NCBI GenBank assembly: GCA_033764135.1
Contig: JANRJE010000012.1
Span: 67,290 to 131,289, forward strand
Reading direction: 5' to 3'
Length of the DNA: 64,000 nucleotides
Origin: Gemmatimonadales bacterium
GTDB taxonomy: Bacteria; Gemmatimonadota; Gemmatimonadetes; Gemmatimonadales; GWC2-71-9
Below, one piece after another: positions 1-9,752 of the stretch (position 1 is its first letter; each line of letters begins with the position of its first letter). The notes under the pieces were generated by a model. The model worked only from the letters and a program-made list of their open reading frames with translations, was not told the origin of the DNA and did no database searches. The translations under genes and the position numbers were made by a program.

Positions 1-465
1 TCGGCGCTTACCGCCGACCACCTCGTGCCCAAGGATCGCGACCCCGAGGCGATCGGTCACGGCGTGCCGATCACCTACGTGCCGGCCCGCAACACCATTT
101 TTCTGAGCTTCGCCCTGGCGGCCGTCGAAGTGCTGGAGGCCGACGACATCTTCATCGGCGTCAACGCCCTCGACTACTCCGGCTATCCCGATTGCCGACC
201 GGAGTTCATCGCCGCCTTCCAGGCAATGGCCCGGCTGGGGACCAGGCGCACCGCCCTCACCATCCACACTCCGCTGGCCGCGCTCACCAAGGCGGGCATC
301 GTGACTCTGGGCCTTGAGTTGGGAGTGGACTTCGGCCTGACCCTGACCTGCTACGACCCGAGTGCGGATGGCGCCGCCTGCGGCCGATGCGATGCCTGCC
401 AACTCCGCCTCAAGGGGTTCGCCGAGGCGGGGGTGAGGGACCCGGCCCCATACGAGGGACTGTAA
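1..465 (+). CDS. queC: 7-cyano-7-deazaguanine synthase QueC, C-terminal part (gene continues upstream of the window)
   Basis: The frame is open from position 1. Translation '...[45 protein letters not shown]...[20 protein letters not shown]' matches the QueC C-terminus with its zinc-binding Cys cluster. queE lies immediately downstream. Confidence 0.85.
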   Translation, partial: SALTADHLVPKDRDPEAIGHGVPITYVPARNTIFLSFALAAVEVLEADDIFIGVNALDYSGYPDCRPEFIAAFQAMARLGTRRTALTIHTPLAALTKAGIVTLGLELGVDFGLTLTCYDPSADGAACGRCDACQLRLKGFAEAGVRDPAPYEGL

Positions 466-546
466 AGAGAGAAAGAGAGAAGGAGAGAAAGAGAGAAAGG
501 GCGGCCCTCTCTTTCTCTCTTTCTCTCCTTCTCTCTTTCTCTCTTT
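466..546. repeat. Perfect ~34-bp-arm GA/TC inverted repeat (AGAGAGAAAGAGAGAAGGAGAGAAAGAGAGAAAG-GGCGGCC-CTTTCTCTCTTTCTCTCCTTCTCTCTTTCTCTCT) filling the queC-queE intercistronic gap
   Basis: The arms were read directly and are exact reverse complements around a GGCGGCC centre. The same GAGAGAAAG/CTTTCTCTC arm type recurs at 43677-43870. Confidence 0.9.
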
Positions 547-563
547 ATGAGCTATTTTTCGGG

Positions 564-1208
564 ATGCCCAGCTACGCCGTCAAGGAATGCTTTTATACCC
601 TTCAGGGTGAGGGGAAGCACGCCGGCCGCCCGGCGGTCTTTCTGCGCTTTGCTGGTTGCAACCTGTGGAGCGGCCGGGAGGAGGATCGAGCCACGGCTGT
701 GTGCACCTTTTGTGACACCGATTTCGTGGGTACCGACGGCCCCGGGGGGGGGAAATTCCGCTCGGCGGAGGCCCTGGCGCTGCGGGTCGCCGCCACCTGG
801 CCTGCCGATGCCGACCCGCGCGCCAGCCGCTACGTGGTTTGCACCGGCGGCGAGCCGACCCTGCAACTGGACGAGGCGCTGGTCGAGGCACTCCATGCGG
901 AGGGATTCGAGGTGGCGATCGAGACCAACGGCACCCTGCCGGCACCCGCAGGGGTGGACTGGATCTGTGTCAGCCCCAAGGCCGGCGCACCGCTGGTGCA
1001 GACCAGCGGTGATGAGCTCAAGCTGGTCTATCCTCAGCAGGCGGCACTGCCGGAGCGGTTTGGCGATCTCGACTTTTCACACCTGCTGCTGCAGCCAATG
1101 GACGGTCCCAACCGGGACTCAAATACCCGCGCCGCGGTTGCCTATTGTCTCGCCAATCCGCGCTGGAGCATCTCCCTGCAGACGCACAAATTGCTGGGGA
1201 TAGCTTAG
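564..1208 (+). CDS. queE: 7-carboxy-7-deazaguanine synthase QueE (radical SAM)
   Basis: ATG at 564. Translation 'MPSYAVKECFYTLQGEGKHAGRPAVFLRFAGCNLW...CTFCDTDF...VVCTGGEPTL' carries the QueE CxxxCxxC-like radical-SAM cluster. It follows queC. The 387 start in the ORF track reads through the GA/TC palindrome and is an artefact. Confidence 0.9.
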   Translation: MPSYAVKECFYTLQGEGKHAGRPAVFLRFAGCNLWSGREEDRATAVCTFCDTDFVGTDGPGGGKFRSAEALALRVAATWPADADPRASRYVVCTGGEPTLQLDEALVEALHAEGFEVAIETNGTLPAPAGVDWICVSPKAGAPLVQTSGDELKLVYPQQAALPERFGDLDFSHLLLQPMDGPNRDSNTRAAVAYCLANPRWSISLQTHKLLGIA

Positions 1209-1786
1209 TGCAGGGTTACAGCGACCGGATCAACCACGCCTTCACCTTTGCGGCCAAGCACTACGCACCGCGCGCCTCGGGGGCTGGTGCGCTCCAGTAC
1301 CTGGCAGCGCCTGCCAACGTCGCGGTGATCCTGGCTCGTCACGGCGCGGATGAGACGACCATAGTCGCCGGCATTCTCCACCACGTGCTGGAGGCAGCGG
1401 GTCATGACATCGACGACCTCACCCTCAAGATCGGCCAGAAGTTCGGGCCCGCCGTGCTCGGCGTGACCCTCGATGCAGTGACGCCTGCCGCCGCCACCGA
1501 CTGGCGTCACCGCAAGCGGGCAATCCTGACCCAACTGGTGACGATGGAACCACGCGCCCTCGACATCCGCTGCGCCGCCGAGATTCACGAGTGCGGCGGT
1601 GCGATCGCGCTGGTTGAGCGGCTTGGCCCGGAATATCTGGAAGTCCACGAATTCGCCCCCCCCCGGGAAGTGGTGGCCTGGTACAGCGATGCTGCCCAGG
1701 CGTTCGGCCGCCGCGTGGACTGGCCGACCCGGGCAATGCGTATCGAACTGGTCGCTCTGGCGAAACGGTTGGCGGCGCTGGTCTGA
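1208..1786 (+). CDS. HD-domain phosphohydrolase family protein
   Basis: 'AFTFAAKHYAPRASGAGALQYLAAPANVAVILARHGADETTIVAGILHHVLE' is an HD-motif region. A GTG at 1208 abuts the queE stop. The alternative ATG at 1145 would overlap queE by 64 nt, so the start is uncertain. Confidence 0.6.
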   Translation: MQGYSDRINHAFTFAAKHYAPRASGAGALQYLAAPANVAVILARHGADETTIVAGILHHVLEAAGHDIDDLTLKIGQKFGPAVLGVTLDAVTPAAATDWRHRKRAILTQLVTMEPRALDIRCAAEIHECGGAIALVERLGPEYLEVHEFAPPREVVAWYSDAAQAFGRRVDWPTRAMRIELVALAKRLAALV

Positions 1787-1817
1787 CAGCGGCCTGACCC
1801 GGGTATCTTTATTCCCG

Positions 1818-3563
1818 ATGCCGAACCCCATTGCCGCCGTCATTCGCTCCCGAATCGAGGAGGCGCTGGGTCATCGTTTTCGACTCGATGCCACCGCCGC
1901 GGTATCCGCTGAGCGGGTGCTGTTTCGCGCCCACGACCGGATCCTCAACCGGCCAGTCTCGCTGCGGGTGAACCTCGAGGCCGGGGCCGCAATCCGGAGC
2001 TGGTTCCTCAAGGAATCCGAGGCGCTCGCCCGGCTCGACCACCCTGCGATCCGGCACATCTATGAGGCGGGGGTGGTGGGGGAATTCGCCTACCGCGTCG
2101 GCAACTGGATCGAGGGAGAGTCGCTGGGCGACGCCATCCAGCGGGGGCCACGTGCCGTTCCCACTGTGCATGTCCTGGCGCGCGATCTCCTCACGGCGCT
2201 GGAGCATGCCCACGCGCACGGCATCATCATCCGGCGGATCGTACCGGCCTCGCTGCTCCTCGGCACCACCGGACGGGGGACGATCACCGACCTCCGCTTC
2301 TGCAACCTGACGCTGCCCGACATCCCCGCCACGGAGCAGCCGACCGGGTTGCCGTTCCTCGCTCCCGAAGTGCGCGACGGGACCGTTGGCGATCAGACCA
2401 GCGACATCTACACCACCGGTGCCATCCTGTACTTTGCCGTTACTGCGACCACACCGCCGCTCGATCCGTCGCAACTGGTGGCACCTCGGGAGCTGCGCGC
2501 CGTCATCCCCCGTGCGCTCGACCGGGTGATCCGCCGCGCCCTTGATCCTCGACCAACCGCCCGCTATCTCACGGCGGCCGAAATGCTGGAGGATTTCACC
2601 AACGACGCCGGTGAGTTTGTATCGGCGATGGTCGCTCTCCCCACGCTCGCCACCGAGCATGCCGACGGTCCCCATTGGGAAGCCCGTCTGCGGCGCGCGC
2701 TGGGCGACGACTACGAGCTGCTGGAACCGCTCGGCGAAGGCGGGTTCGGCAGAGTCTATCGGGTGCGTGATCTGCACTTGGAGCGCGAGGTGGCACTCAA
2801 GGTGCTCCACCCCCACTTGACCGCCGACCCGGGAGTGGTGGAACGGTTCCGCCGTGAGGCGCAACTGGCGGCGCGGCTCAATCACCCCAACATCGTCGAC
2901 ATCTACGACATCGCCGGCCGTTCCGGTCTGCTCTGGTACACGATGGAGATAGTCGACGGCCCCAACCTCGCCCAGCGGGTCGAGGCCGAAGGGGCGCTCT
3001 CGCTCGACCAGGTGCTGCGCCTGCTGCGCGAGGCGCTCGGCGCGATTGGACACGCCCACGCCCTGGGGCTGATTCACCGTGACATCAAGCCCGAAAACCT
3101 CCTGCTGGAGCGCGACGGCTCGGTGCGGATCACCGACTTCGGCCTTGCCCTGGCGCTGCGTGGCGACAGTGCCTTCGGGGGAGCGACCTCGCAGAGCGGC
3201 ACTCCGCAGTTCGCCTCGCCCGAACAGCTGCTCGGTGGCCAGGTCGATGTCCGCACCGACCTCTACTCGCTCGCCGCGGTCGCCGCCTACGCGCTGCTCG
3301 GCAGGGTCCCCTTTACCGGGGCCACCGTTCAACAGGTATTGGCCAAACAGACCACCGATGTGATTCCCGATCTCACTGCCGAACGACCGGAGGTGACGGA
3401 GGCGCTCGCCGCGGTGCTTTCCCGGGCACTCCGCAACGATGTCGAGGCGCGCTGGGCTTCGGTGGGTGAGTTTCGCGCAGCCCTCGAGAGTGCGGTCGAA
3501 AGCGGAGTTCGCCGACGCGGTGGCGAATTGGCGCGGTTGGCGGCGCGGTTGCTGGGCGGCTGA
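1818..3563 (+). CDS. Tandem-domain Ser/Thr protein kinase: N-terminal degenerate (pseudo)kinase domain plus C-terminal canonical Hanks kinase domain
   Basis: ATG at 1818. The C-terminal half has LGEGGFGRVY, VALKVL, HRDIKPENLLL, DFGLA and SGTPQFASPE. The N-terminal half is kinase-like (HPAIRHIYE, APEV) but lacks the Gly loop and has IIRRIVPASLLL and TDLR in place of HRD and DFG. Confidence 0.85.
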   Translation: MPNPIAAVIRSRIEEALGHRFRLDATAAVSAERVLFRAHDRILNRPVSLRVNLEAGAAIRSWFLKESEALARLDHPAIRHIYEAGVVGEFAYRVGNWIEGESLGDAIQRGPRAVPTVHVLARDLLTALEHAHAHGIIIRRIVPASLLLGTTGRGTITDLRFCNLTLPDIPATEQPTGLPFLAPEVRDGTVGDQTSDIYTTGAILYFAVTATTPPLDPSQLVAPRELRAVIPRALDRVIRRALDPRPTARYLTAAEMLEDFTNDAGEFVSAMVALPTLATEHADGPHWEARLRRALGDDYELLEPLGEGGFGRVYRVRDLHLEREVALKVLHPHLTADPGVVERFRREAQLAARLNHPNIVDIYDIAGRSGLLWYTMEIVDGPNLAQRVEAEGALSLDQVLRLLREALGAIGHAHALGLIHRDIKPENLLLERDGSVRITDFGLALALRGDSAFGGATSQSGTPQFASPEQLLGGQVDVRTDLYSLAAVAAYALLGRVPFTGATVQQVLAKQTTDVIPDLTAERPEVTEALAAVLSRALRNDVEARWASVGEFRAALESAVESGVRRRGGELARLAARLLGG

Positions 3564-3586
3564 GAGGAGATTGCCTGACAGCCGAG

Positions 3587-3618
3587 GGGCCCGTGGCGAT
3601 CTGCTCCGCTACGGGCCC
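3587..3618. terminator. Possible bidirectional terminator hairpin between the convergent kinase and infA (GGGCCCGT...ACGGGCCC)
   Basis: An 8-bp GC-rich inverted repeat with a 16-nt loop sits between convergent genes. There is no clear U-tract. Confidence 0.3.
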
Positions 3619-3659
3619 GTCCAGTAGGTATCAAGTCGTGGTGCGAATTGCCTGTGGAG

Positions 3660-3878
3660 CTACTTGTGGCGGTAAACCACTCGGCCGCGAGTCAGGTCAT
3701 ACGGGGAGAGGACCACACTCACCCGGTCGCCTTCGAGCACCCGAATCTTGAACTTCGACATCTTCCCTGCGGCATACGCAAGAATGGTGTGGCCGTTCTC
3801 CAGCAGCACGCGGTAGTTGCGATCCGGGAGCACCTCCTGGACCACCCCTTCCATCTCGATACCGTCTTCCTTCGCCAT
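3660..3878 (-). CDS. infA: Translation initiation factor IF-1
   Basis: A 72-aa protein '[72 protein letters not shown]' that is near-identical in pattern to bacterial IF-1. ATG at 3878 (minus). The longer 211-aa ORF is an artefact. Confidence 0.95.
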   Translation of the reverse strand: MAKEDGIEMEGVVQEVLPDRNYRVLLENGHTILAYAAGKMSKFKIRVLEGDRVSVVLSPYDLTRGRVVYRHK

Positions 3879-3969
3879 CCACGCTCCCAAAACAGGTTTC
3901 CGCCCGGGACAGTCGTCCCGGAGCAGCGGCAATCTGCCGCCTTCGACCGACAGGCGCAACAGCAGCGGG

Positions 3970-5685
3970 TCAGGTCGCCCGGGCCAGTGCCTCGCGCAAG
4001 GTCGCCATTTCGGTCTCAACCAGCTCCACCAGCTCACCCAACAGCCCGGCGTCGAAGGACAACTCCACGCCAGCGGTCCGATAGAGATCAGGAAGCCGGG
4101 TGGTCGCCCCCAAGGCCATGAAGCGCCGGTAGGCAGCCACCGCCGCCACGGGGTCGCGGCGGGCGTTCCGCCACACCTGAAGCGCGCCGATCTGGGCCAA
4201 CCCGTATTCGATGTAGTAGAACGGGTAGAGGAAGATGTGGAGCTGCCGGTACCAGCGCGCCACCCGCTCCGCCGCCAGCCCGCTCCAGTCAACACCGGGC
4301 TCGAAGCGATCCCGCAATCTCAGCCAGGCCGCATCGCGGGCCGCTGGATCGGCGCCCTGCGGATTGGTGTAGATCCATCCCTGGAAGGCATCGATCGAGG
4401 CGATATGGGCCAGCGAGAGGAGCAGGTCCTCGAGGTGTTCCAGCCGGGCGGAAAGCGCGTCGGCTTCGCCGTAAAATCCGACTGGTCGCACCAGATGGGG
4501 CGCGGCCAGCAACTCCATCGACATGCTCGCGAGTTCGGCCGATTCAGCGCCGGGATGACGCTGCCAGATGAAGGGGAGCGCGTGGCTGGCAAAGGCGTGG
4601 AAGCAGTGACCCGCCTCGTGCAGCAGGGTGGTGACATCCTCGGGGACACCGGCGGCGTTCATGAAGACGAACGGCCTGCCCCGGGCATGCAGGGTATCGC
4701 AGTAGCCGCCGGGGGCTTTGCCCGGCCGGGACTCGAGGTCGAGCAACCCTTCGGCCATCATGGTCCGGAATTGCCCGCCGAGCACCGGATCTACGGCCGT
4801 GAAGATCCGGGCCGAGGCCTCCTGGAACTCCGCCACGTCGGCGTAGGGCACCGGAGTCGTGGCGCGCCAGGGGTCAACGGCGGTGTCCCACGGCCGCAGC
4901 GACTTGAGTCCGAGGCGCTCCCGGCGATGCTGAAAGGCCCGCTCGATCGCCGGGCAGACGGTGGCCTCGATGGCGGCATGGAGTCGCTCGCAGTCGGCCG
5001 GGGTGTAGTCAAAACGGTACTTGGCCTGGAAGATGTAGTCGCGGTAATCGCCGAAGCCGGCGTTCCGGGCCATCTCCTGGCGCAACGCAATCAGGCGATC
5101 GAACAGCGGGGAGAGTTCGCCCGCACCTGCCACGTACGGCGCCACCGAGGCGCGCCAGGCCGCCTCGCGCACCGCCCGGTCACCGCTCTTGAGGTAAGGC
5201 GCCAACCGGGGCAGCGGGATCTTCTCCCCCCCCCATTCTGCCGACATCGTGCCGGTGATCTGCTGGTAGCGGGCCGCGAGCCCTTCCGCTTCGGCGACCA
5301 GCGGAACGTTGGCCTCCCGGAAGATTTCGATCGAGGTGCGGAAGCGCCTGAGCGTGGTTGCCAGGTCGGGGCGATCGGTCCCTACCGCCACGAACTTGCG
5401 CGCCAGGGCGACCTCGACTTCGCCGAGCTTGGGAAGGATGTCGGTCGAGAAGCGGAGGTGCGCCGCCTCCTTGGCCGGATCGGTGGTGTCCGACGTGTAG
5501 GCGATCATGGCGAGCGAGGCGGCCTCGGTCACCAGTTCGTCGAGCCGGGACCAATCAGCCAGCCACGACTCGAGGTTGGCCGCGCTGAGCGCCACGCTCT
5601 CCAGATCGCGATAGTAGCGGGCTACTGTGTCCCAGGAAGCATCGGCAAAACCGGCGCTGGTGTCGGGCAGGGGGTTGGTCGGCAT
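3970..5685 (-). CDS. pepF: M3 family oligoendopeptidase F
   Basis: A 572-aa protein. The HEAGHCFH zincin motif with a downstream E and M3B-like flanking sequence were seen directly. ATG at 5685 was chosen. The upstream 127 aa of the ORF are Arg/Gly-rich and of low complexity. Confidence 0.85.
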   Translation of the reverse strand: MPTNPLPDTSAGFADASWDTVARYYRDLESVALSAANLESWLADWSRLDELVTEAASLAMIAYTSDTTDPAKEAAHLRFSTDILPKLGEVEVALARKFVAVGTDRPDLATTLRRFRTSIEIFREANVPLVAEAEGLAARYQQITGTMSAEWGGEKIPLPRLAPYLKSGDRAVREAAWRASVAPYVAGAGELSPLFDRLIALRQEMARNAGFGDYRDYIFQAKYRFDYTPADCERLHAAIEATVCPAIERAFQHRRERLGLKSLRPWDTAVDPWRATTPVPYADVAEFQEASARIFTAVDPVLGGQFRTMMAEGLLDLESRPGKAPGGYCDTLHARGRPFVFMNAAGVPEDVTTLLHEAGHCFHAFASHALPFIWQRHPGAESAELASMSMELLAAPHLVRPVGFYGEADALSARLEHLEDLLLSLAHIASIDAFQGWIYTNPQGADPAARDAAWLRLRDRFEPGVDWSGLAAERVARWYRQLHIFLYPFYYIEYGLAQIGALQVWRNARRDPVAAVAAYRRFMALGATTRLPDLYRTAGVELSFDAGLLGELVELVETEMATLREALARAT

Positions 5686-5711
5686 CGGTCCATGATAACC
5701 ACTCGGCGCCG

Positions 5712-6935
5712 TCACGCGACAGGGGTACTCGCCGCCCCCCCCAATTCCGGCCCGGGGACCTGCCTGAAGGTCACCCAGGCCATCAGCAGGACTATCGCTC
5801 CCCCGATCACGAAGGGGGCGTGCACCCCGATCCGCTGGTAGGCGACCGTCCCCAGGATCGGAGCCAACACCCGGGCGATCCCGGCAAAGGTCTGTGCCAC
5901 GCCCATGGTGGTGCCGAGTTCGCTGGCGGGGGTGGCGGCCGAGAGCTGCGATGTGGTGGCCGGAAAGAGCAACGCCGTGCCGATCGGCACCAGCGGGATG
6001 ATCGCCACCAGCACCCAAACGGTTGGGGCAATCGGGTAGAGCAGCAGTCCCAGGGCCAGCGAGAGGCATCCCAGCCGCATCGCCCAGACCTCACCTATCC
6101 GGTCGACTACCGGACCGAGCGCGAGCGATCTCACCACCAGGCCGAGCAGACCGAAATAGACGAAGAAGTATCCGATCGTCTTGGCGGTGATCCCGAACTG
6201 TGACTCGAGCCAGATTGCCAGGATGCTGGTGAGGAGCGAAAAGGCGAGCATGCCGACGCCGTAGATCCAGATCAGCCGCTCCGCCGGTCCACCCGGGTGC
6301 CGCAACGCCATCCACGCCCCGTGCCACACCGGCTTGCGCGGTCGCGGAGTGGCGTCAGGGGTCCGTGACTCTGGCAGGTACTTCCAGGCCGCCAGGACGT
6401 TCAGGAGGCAGAGCGCAGCGGCAATGAACCCTGGCGCCTGCCGCCCCAGCATCGTCGCCAGAGAACCGATGGCCGGGCCGATCATGACGCCGGCGGATGT
6501 CGCCGCCGAGAGCCAGCCCAGGGCGCGCGCCCGGTCGGCGGGGGTGACTGTATCGGATACGTAGGCCTGCGCCACTCCGGTCGTCCCCCCCCCTGCTCCC
6601 TGAATGATGCGGGAGAGGAAGAGCAGCCACACGGTATCGGCCAGCCCGAACACCAGAAACGCCATCGCGGAGGCGAGCAGCCCGATCATCAACGCCGGTC
6701 GCCGACCGTACCGGTCGGAGACGCGTCCCCAGAGCGGCGAGGCGATCAGCTGGGCGATGGAGAACGAGGCGATCATCCAGCCGATCGTCTCGGGGGTGGC
6801 CTCTAGTTCGAGGGCGTAGAACGGCAGGATCGGCAGCACGATCGCGAAGCCGAGCATGTCGATGAAGTTCACGGCGATCAGGACGCTGAGGCGCCGCAGG
6901 TTGTCGCGCTGGGTGGAGGTGACCGGACCACTCAC
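5712..6935 (-). CDS. MFS transporter (drug/H+ antiporter-like)
   Basis: A 12-TM hydropathy pattern was seen. The MFS motif 'GRVSDRYGRRP' sits between TM2 and TM3. GTG start at 6935. Confidence 0.85.
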   Translation of the reverse strand: MSGPVTSTQRDNLRRLSVLIAVNFIDMLGFAIVLPILPFYALELEATPETIGWMIASFSIAQLIASPLWGRVSDRYGRRPALMIGLLASAMAFLVFGLADTVWLLFLSRIIQGAGGGTTGVAQAYVSDTVTPADRARALGWLSAATSAGVMIGPAIGSLATMLGRQAPGFIAAALCLLNVLAAWKYLPESRTPDATPRPRKPVWHGAWMALRHPGGPAERLIWIYGVGMLAFSLLTSILAIWLESQFGITAKTIGYFFVYFGLLGLVVRSLALGPVVDRIGEVWAMRLGCLSLALGLLLYPIAPTVWVLVAIIPLVPIGTALLFPATTSQLSAATPASELGTTMGVAQTFAGIARVLAPILGTVAYQRIGVHAPFVIGGAIVLLMAWVTFRQVPGPELGGAASTPVA

Positions 6936-6984
6936 GCGTGAGTGTCCCCCCCCCGAAACCTTGCTGTTTGCGGCTCTTCAGCAG

Positions 6985-9378
6985 TCAAGAGCCATTCCCA
7001 CCGAGGGCCAGCAGGTTGGCGAACAACTTCCAGGCACCGGGCACCGCGGCGGGCAACTGCCGGAAGAACGCCAGTCCGGTATAGACCACGGTGCCCTTGC
7101 CGAAAGGAGCGATCAGCAGGCTGCCGCGCCGGGCCGGTTCACCCGGATCGGACATTTCGAGCAGCTCCTGCCATGCCGGATCCCAGCTCCGGGCAAAGTA
7201 GAGCCCGCGCTCCTGAATCCAGCCGTCAAAGTCGGCGGCCTGAATGAGGTTGGGCGTCTGCACCACCGGATGGCGCGGCATCAGTTGGGTCACTTGCGCC
7301 TGCTCATCCGTGACCCGGTCGTGCGGTCGGCCGATGGTGAGCGGCAGCGGCGGGAAGCCGCCCTCGACGTACTGATACTGCTGATACTGGGTGATGAGAG
7401 TGCCGCCGGCCCGAGCCCATTCCAGCAGTCGCGGATGGAGGCGCCGGAGCATGTTGTTGATCTCGTAGGCGCGCGGTCCGATCGCCACCACATCGAGCGA
7501 GTCGAGCAGCGCGGCCGGCAGCCGCTCGAGATCGAGCACGGTCACCGGCACCCCGGCCGCGCCCAGCGCCTCGGGAATGGCGTCGGCCGCGCCCCGCACA
7601 TATCCGATGCGACGTCCGTCGGCAAAGCGTACCGGCGCCACCACGACGCTCGAGCCGGCCGGATGAAAGATCAGCCGCTCCCGAATGTGCGGATAGCGCA
7701 CCCGCCGGACCCCGAGTCGCATCGTGTCTGCACCGACAAGGGCCTCGGCCACCAGCTCGACCTCTCCGGCGGTCACGTTTGGGGGGGGGACGACCATGAA
7801 GGTCAGCGTGGCGCGCTCGCCCTGGTTGGCAAAGGCGACCGGCTGCGGATCGCCGCCTCGCCAGCCTGACGGCAGCCGCAGCCGGACCGTCCCGATGGTG
7901 CTGTCGATACCGGCATGCTCGACGGTGACCACGAAGGGACGCTGCGCCAGCCCGCGGCGCCAGAGCAGTCGGCCCGGCGAAATATCTAGCATCACCCGCG
8001 GTACGATGGTGACCGGGTCGCGCATCTCCCCGCGGGCCTGATCGAGCGAGCGGGCGGTCACCTCGTGCCTGACCGAAACCGGCGGAGCGCCGGAGGCCGG
8101 TGAAATACGGAATGACACCTCGACCGGGCGATCGAACGGCTCACCCCAGGTCGCGCTCGGGCCGGACAGCGTGTAGCTCCCGGGCTCGGCGGCGTTCACC
8201 AGGAAATAGGGCTGGCCCGGCCGGGCGGCAGCGGCGACCGCCACGGGAAGAATGCAGCGATGGACAGCCCCCGGCGCCACCAGCACCCGGACGCCACAAT
8301 CGTGCTCACCGGCCGTCTCCCAACCATCCCGGGGAGGCCAGGAGATCGACGCGGCGATGGTATCGGCACCCGTGTTCCAGACCAGGGTCGTGATCGAGAC
8401 CGACTGGCCGGGCGTCACCTCGTCGTCGTCGGTGTAGGCATCGACGATCACCCCCAGTTCGGCCAGCCTGACCCGGCCGAGCCGCTCGGGATCTGGAATT
8501 GGCTGAGCAGGCAGTCCTGCCAGCAGCGCCGTGTCGGCGGCGAGGTCGATCCCGGAGGCGACCGCCTCCAGCACGATGCGGCGGCTGCTCGGCCCCACTT
8601 CCTCCAGTGACCCCATGTCCTGCGAACGGTGCTGCGATCGGGAGCGGGCTGCCAGTTGACGGAACGAATGGCCGGTGACTGGATCGAGCCTCCCGCCCTC
8701 GAAAGTGGCGCCGGGACCGGTCGCGCGATAGTCGCGGTAGAACTTGAGCGGCCGCCAGGGAGCCAATCCCGGCATCGGGAAGCGCGCCGGATCCTGCGCT
8801 GCGTCGAACGCCTCGCGCGCCAGCATCCCCGAGGCCTGATGGTGGCCGTGGCCATCGGCAGGCGTGCCGGACCAGACCGAGACGATCAGGTGGGGACGGT
8901 AGCGCCGGATGATTCGAACGATGTCGGCCAGGATCGAATCGCGGGGCCAGATGTCCAGCGTTTCCTCGGCAGACTTCGAAAAGCCGAAGTCGATCGCGCG
9001 AGTGAAGAACTGGCGGCCGCCATCGACGCGCCTGGCGGCCAGCAATTCCTCGCTCCGCACGATGCCGAGGGCGGCGCCGAGCTCTCCACCGATGAGGTTT
9101 TGCCCGCCTTCCCCACGGGTGAGTGAGAGATAGGCTGTCTCGACACCCATGCCGCGGGAAAGAATGGTGATGAGTTCGGTGTCCTCGTCATCGGGATGGG
9201 CACCGATCACCAGAACGCGGTGCCCATTGGCGAGCAGCAGGCGGTCCTGTTCCAGGCGGGTCAGTCCGCCTGTCCCCGGCCCGCCATCCTGAGCGGAAAG
9301 GGCAGCAGGCAGGAGGAGAGCGAGCACGATGGCAGGCCGTCCGAGGCGACGGAGCAAGAAACTGACTGGAATGATCAT
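6985..9378 (-). CDS. Secreted PIG-L/LmbE-family deacetylase fused to a C-terminal ThuA/GATase1-like domain
   Basis: ATG at 9378 gives the signal peptide 'MIIPVSFLLRRLGRPAIVLALLLPAALSAQ'. 'VLVIGAHPDDEDTELITILS...LSLTRGEGG' is the PIG-L signature. The C-terminus 'GGTLITQYQQYQYVEGGFPPLP...GKGTVVYTGLAF' resembles a ThuA/DUF4159 domain. The first 91 codons of the ORF are Arg-rich read-through. Confidence 0.75.
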   Translation of the reverse strand: MIIPVSFLLRRLGRPAIVLALLLPAALSAQDGGPGTGGLTRLEQDRLLLANGHRVLVIGAHPDDEDTELITILSRGMGVETAYLSLTRGEGGQNLIGGELGAALGIVRSEELLAARRVDGGRQFFTRAIDFGFSKSAEETLDIWPRDSILADIVRIIRRYRPHLIVSVWSGTPADGHGHHQASGMLAREAFDAAQDPARFPMPGLAPWRPLKFYRDYRATGPGATFEGGRLDPVTGHSFRQLAARSRSQHRSQDMGSLEEVGPSSRRIVLEAVASGIDLAADTALLAGLPAQPIPDPERLGRVRLAELGVIVDAYTDDDEVTPGQSVSITTLVWNTGADTIAASISWPPRDGWETAGEHDCGVRVLVAPGAVHRCILPVAVAAAARPGQPYFLVNAAEPGSYTLSGPSATWGEPFDRPVEVSFRISPASGAPPVSVRHEVTARSLDQARGEMRDPVTIVPRVMLDISPGRLLWRRGLAQRPFVVTVEHAGIDSTIGTVRLRLPSGWRGGDPQPVAFANQGERATLTFMVVPPPNVTAGEVELVAEALVGADTMRLGVRRVRYPHIRERLIFHPAGSSVVVAPVRFADGRRIGYVRGAADAIPEALGAAGVPVTVLDLERLPAALLDSLDVVAIGPRAYEINNMLRRLHPRLLEWARAGGTLITQYQQYQYVEGGFPPLPLTIGRPHDRVTDEQAQVTQLMPRHPVVQTPNLIQAADFDGWIQERGLYFARSWDPAWQELLEMSDPGEPARRGSLLIAPFGKGTVVYTGLAFFRQLPAAVPGAWKLFANLLALGGNGS

Positions 9379-9668
9379 TTCTGGTTGGAGGTACGCCGGG
9401 ATTGCCCGGGAGGTTCGCGACCGACGGCAAATGCAAGCACGAACGCAATCAGCGCGGCGAGCAGCAGCGTCTGACCTGCTCCGGAGCCGGTACCATGCAA
9501 AAGGAGGAGCATCCCGATCGAGACGGAAATGGTGCCGAGGCCCCGGAGGACCTCCTCGAGGTTGCGCCACTGGACCTGCCGCCCCCAGTGGATGGCAAAG
9601 GCCAGCCCCACCACGCCGAGGACGAGGATGCCGTACCAGATGAGGATCCACCAGCGCTTGCCTATCAT
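9375..9668 (-). CDS. Small membrane protein (2-3 TM) translationally coupled to the deacetylase gene
   Basis: A 97-aa protein with hydrophobic stretches WWILIWYGILVLGVVGLAFAI and LLLAALIAFVLAFAV. Its stop overlaps the downstream ATG (ATGA). Confidence 0.5.
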   Translation of the reverse strand: MIGKRWWILIWYGILVLGVVGLAFAIHWGRQVQWRNLEEVLRGLGTISVSIGMLLLLHGTGSGAGQTLLLAALIAFVLAFAVGREPPGQSRRTSNQK

Positions 9669-9752
9669 GCGCGACGGTCTCGTGGGGTGAAGAGGAATCG
9701 AGCGTGCGGCCTGACTGAAACGCTAAGCGACGTGACCGCCTCCGCCAAGGGG

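Noticed and set aside
387-563. N-terminal extension of queE (start at 387) and ORF-track N-termini that read through repeat elements (for example 36680, 40012, 43191 and 35304-36776 beyond 36605)
   Set aside because: The extensions are translations of the GA/TC or heptamer repeat DNA ('REREKERKRER', 'MLDVGCWMLDVG', 'IQHPTSNIQ'). Downstream ATG or GTG starts with signal peptides or RBS sites were chosen instead.
1809-3332. 507-aa minus-strand ORF antisense to the tandem kinase
   Set aside because: Gly/Arg/Pro-rich low-complexity translation, which is typical of antisense frames in >68% GC DNA. The sense strand encodes a fully motif-bearing kinase.
3817-5841. 674-aa plus-strand ORF overlapping pepF
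   Set aside because: Antisense to a well-supported M3 peptidase (HEAGH motif). The composition is Arg/Gly-rich with no domain signature.
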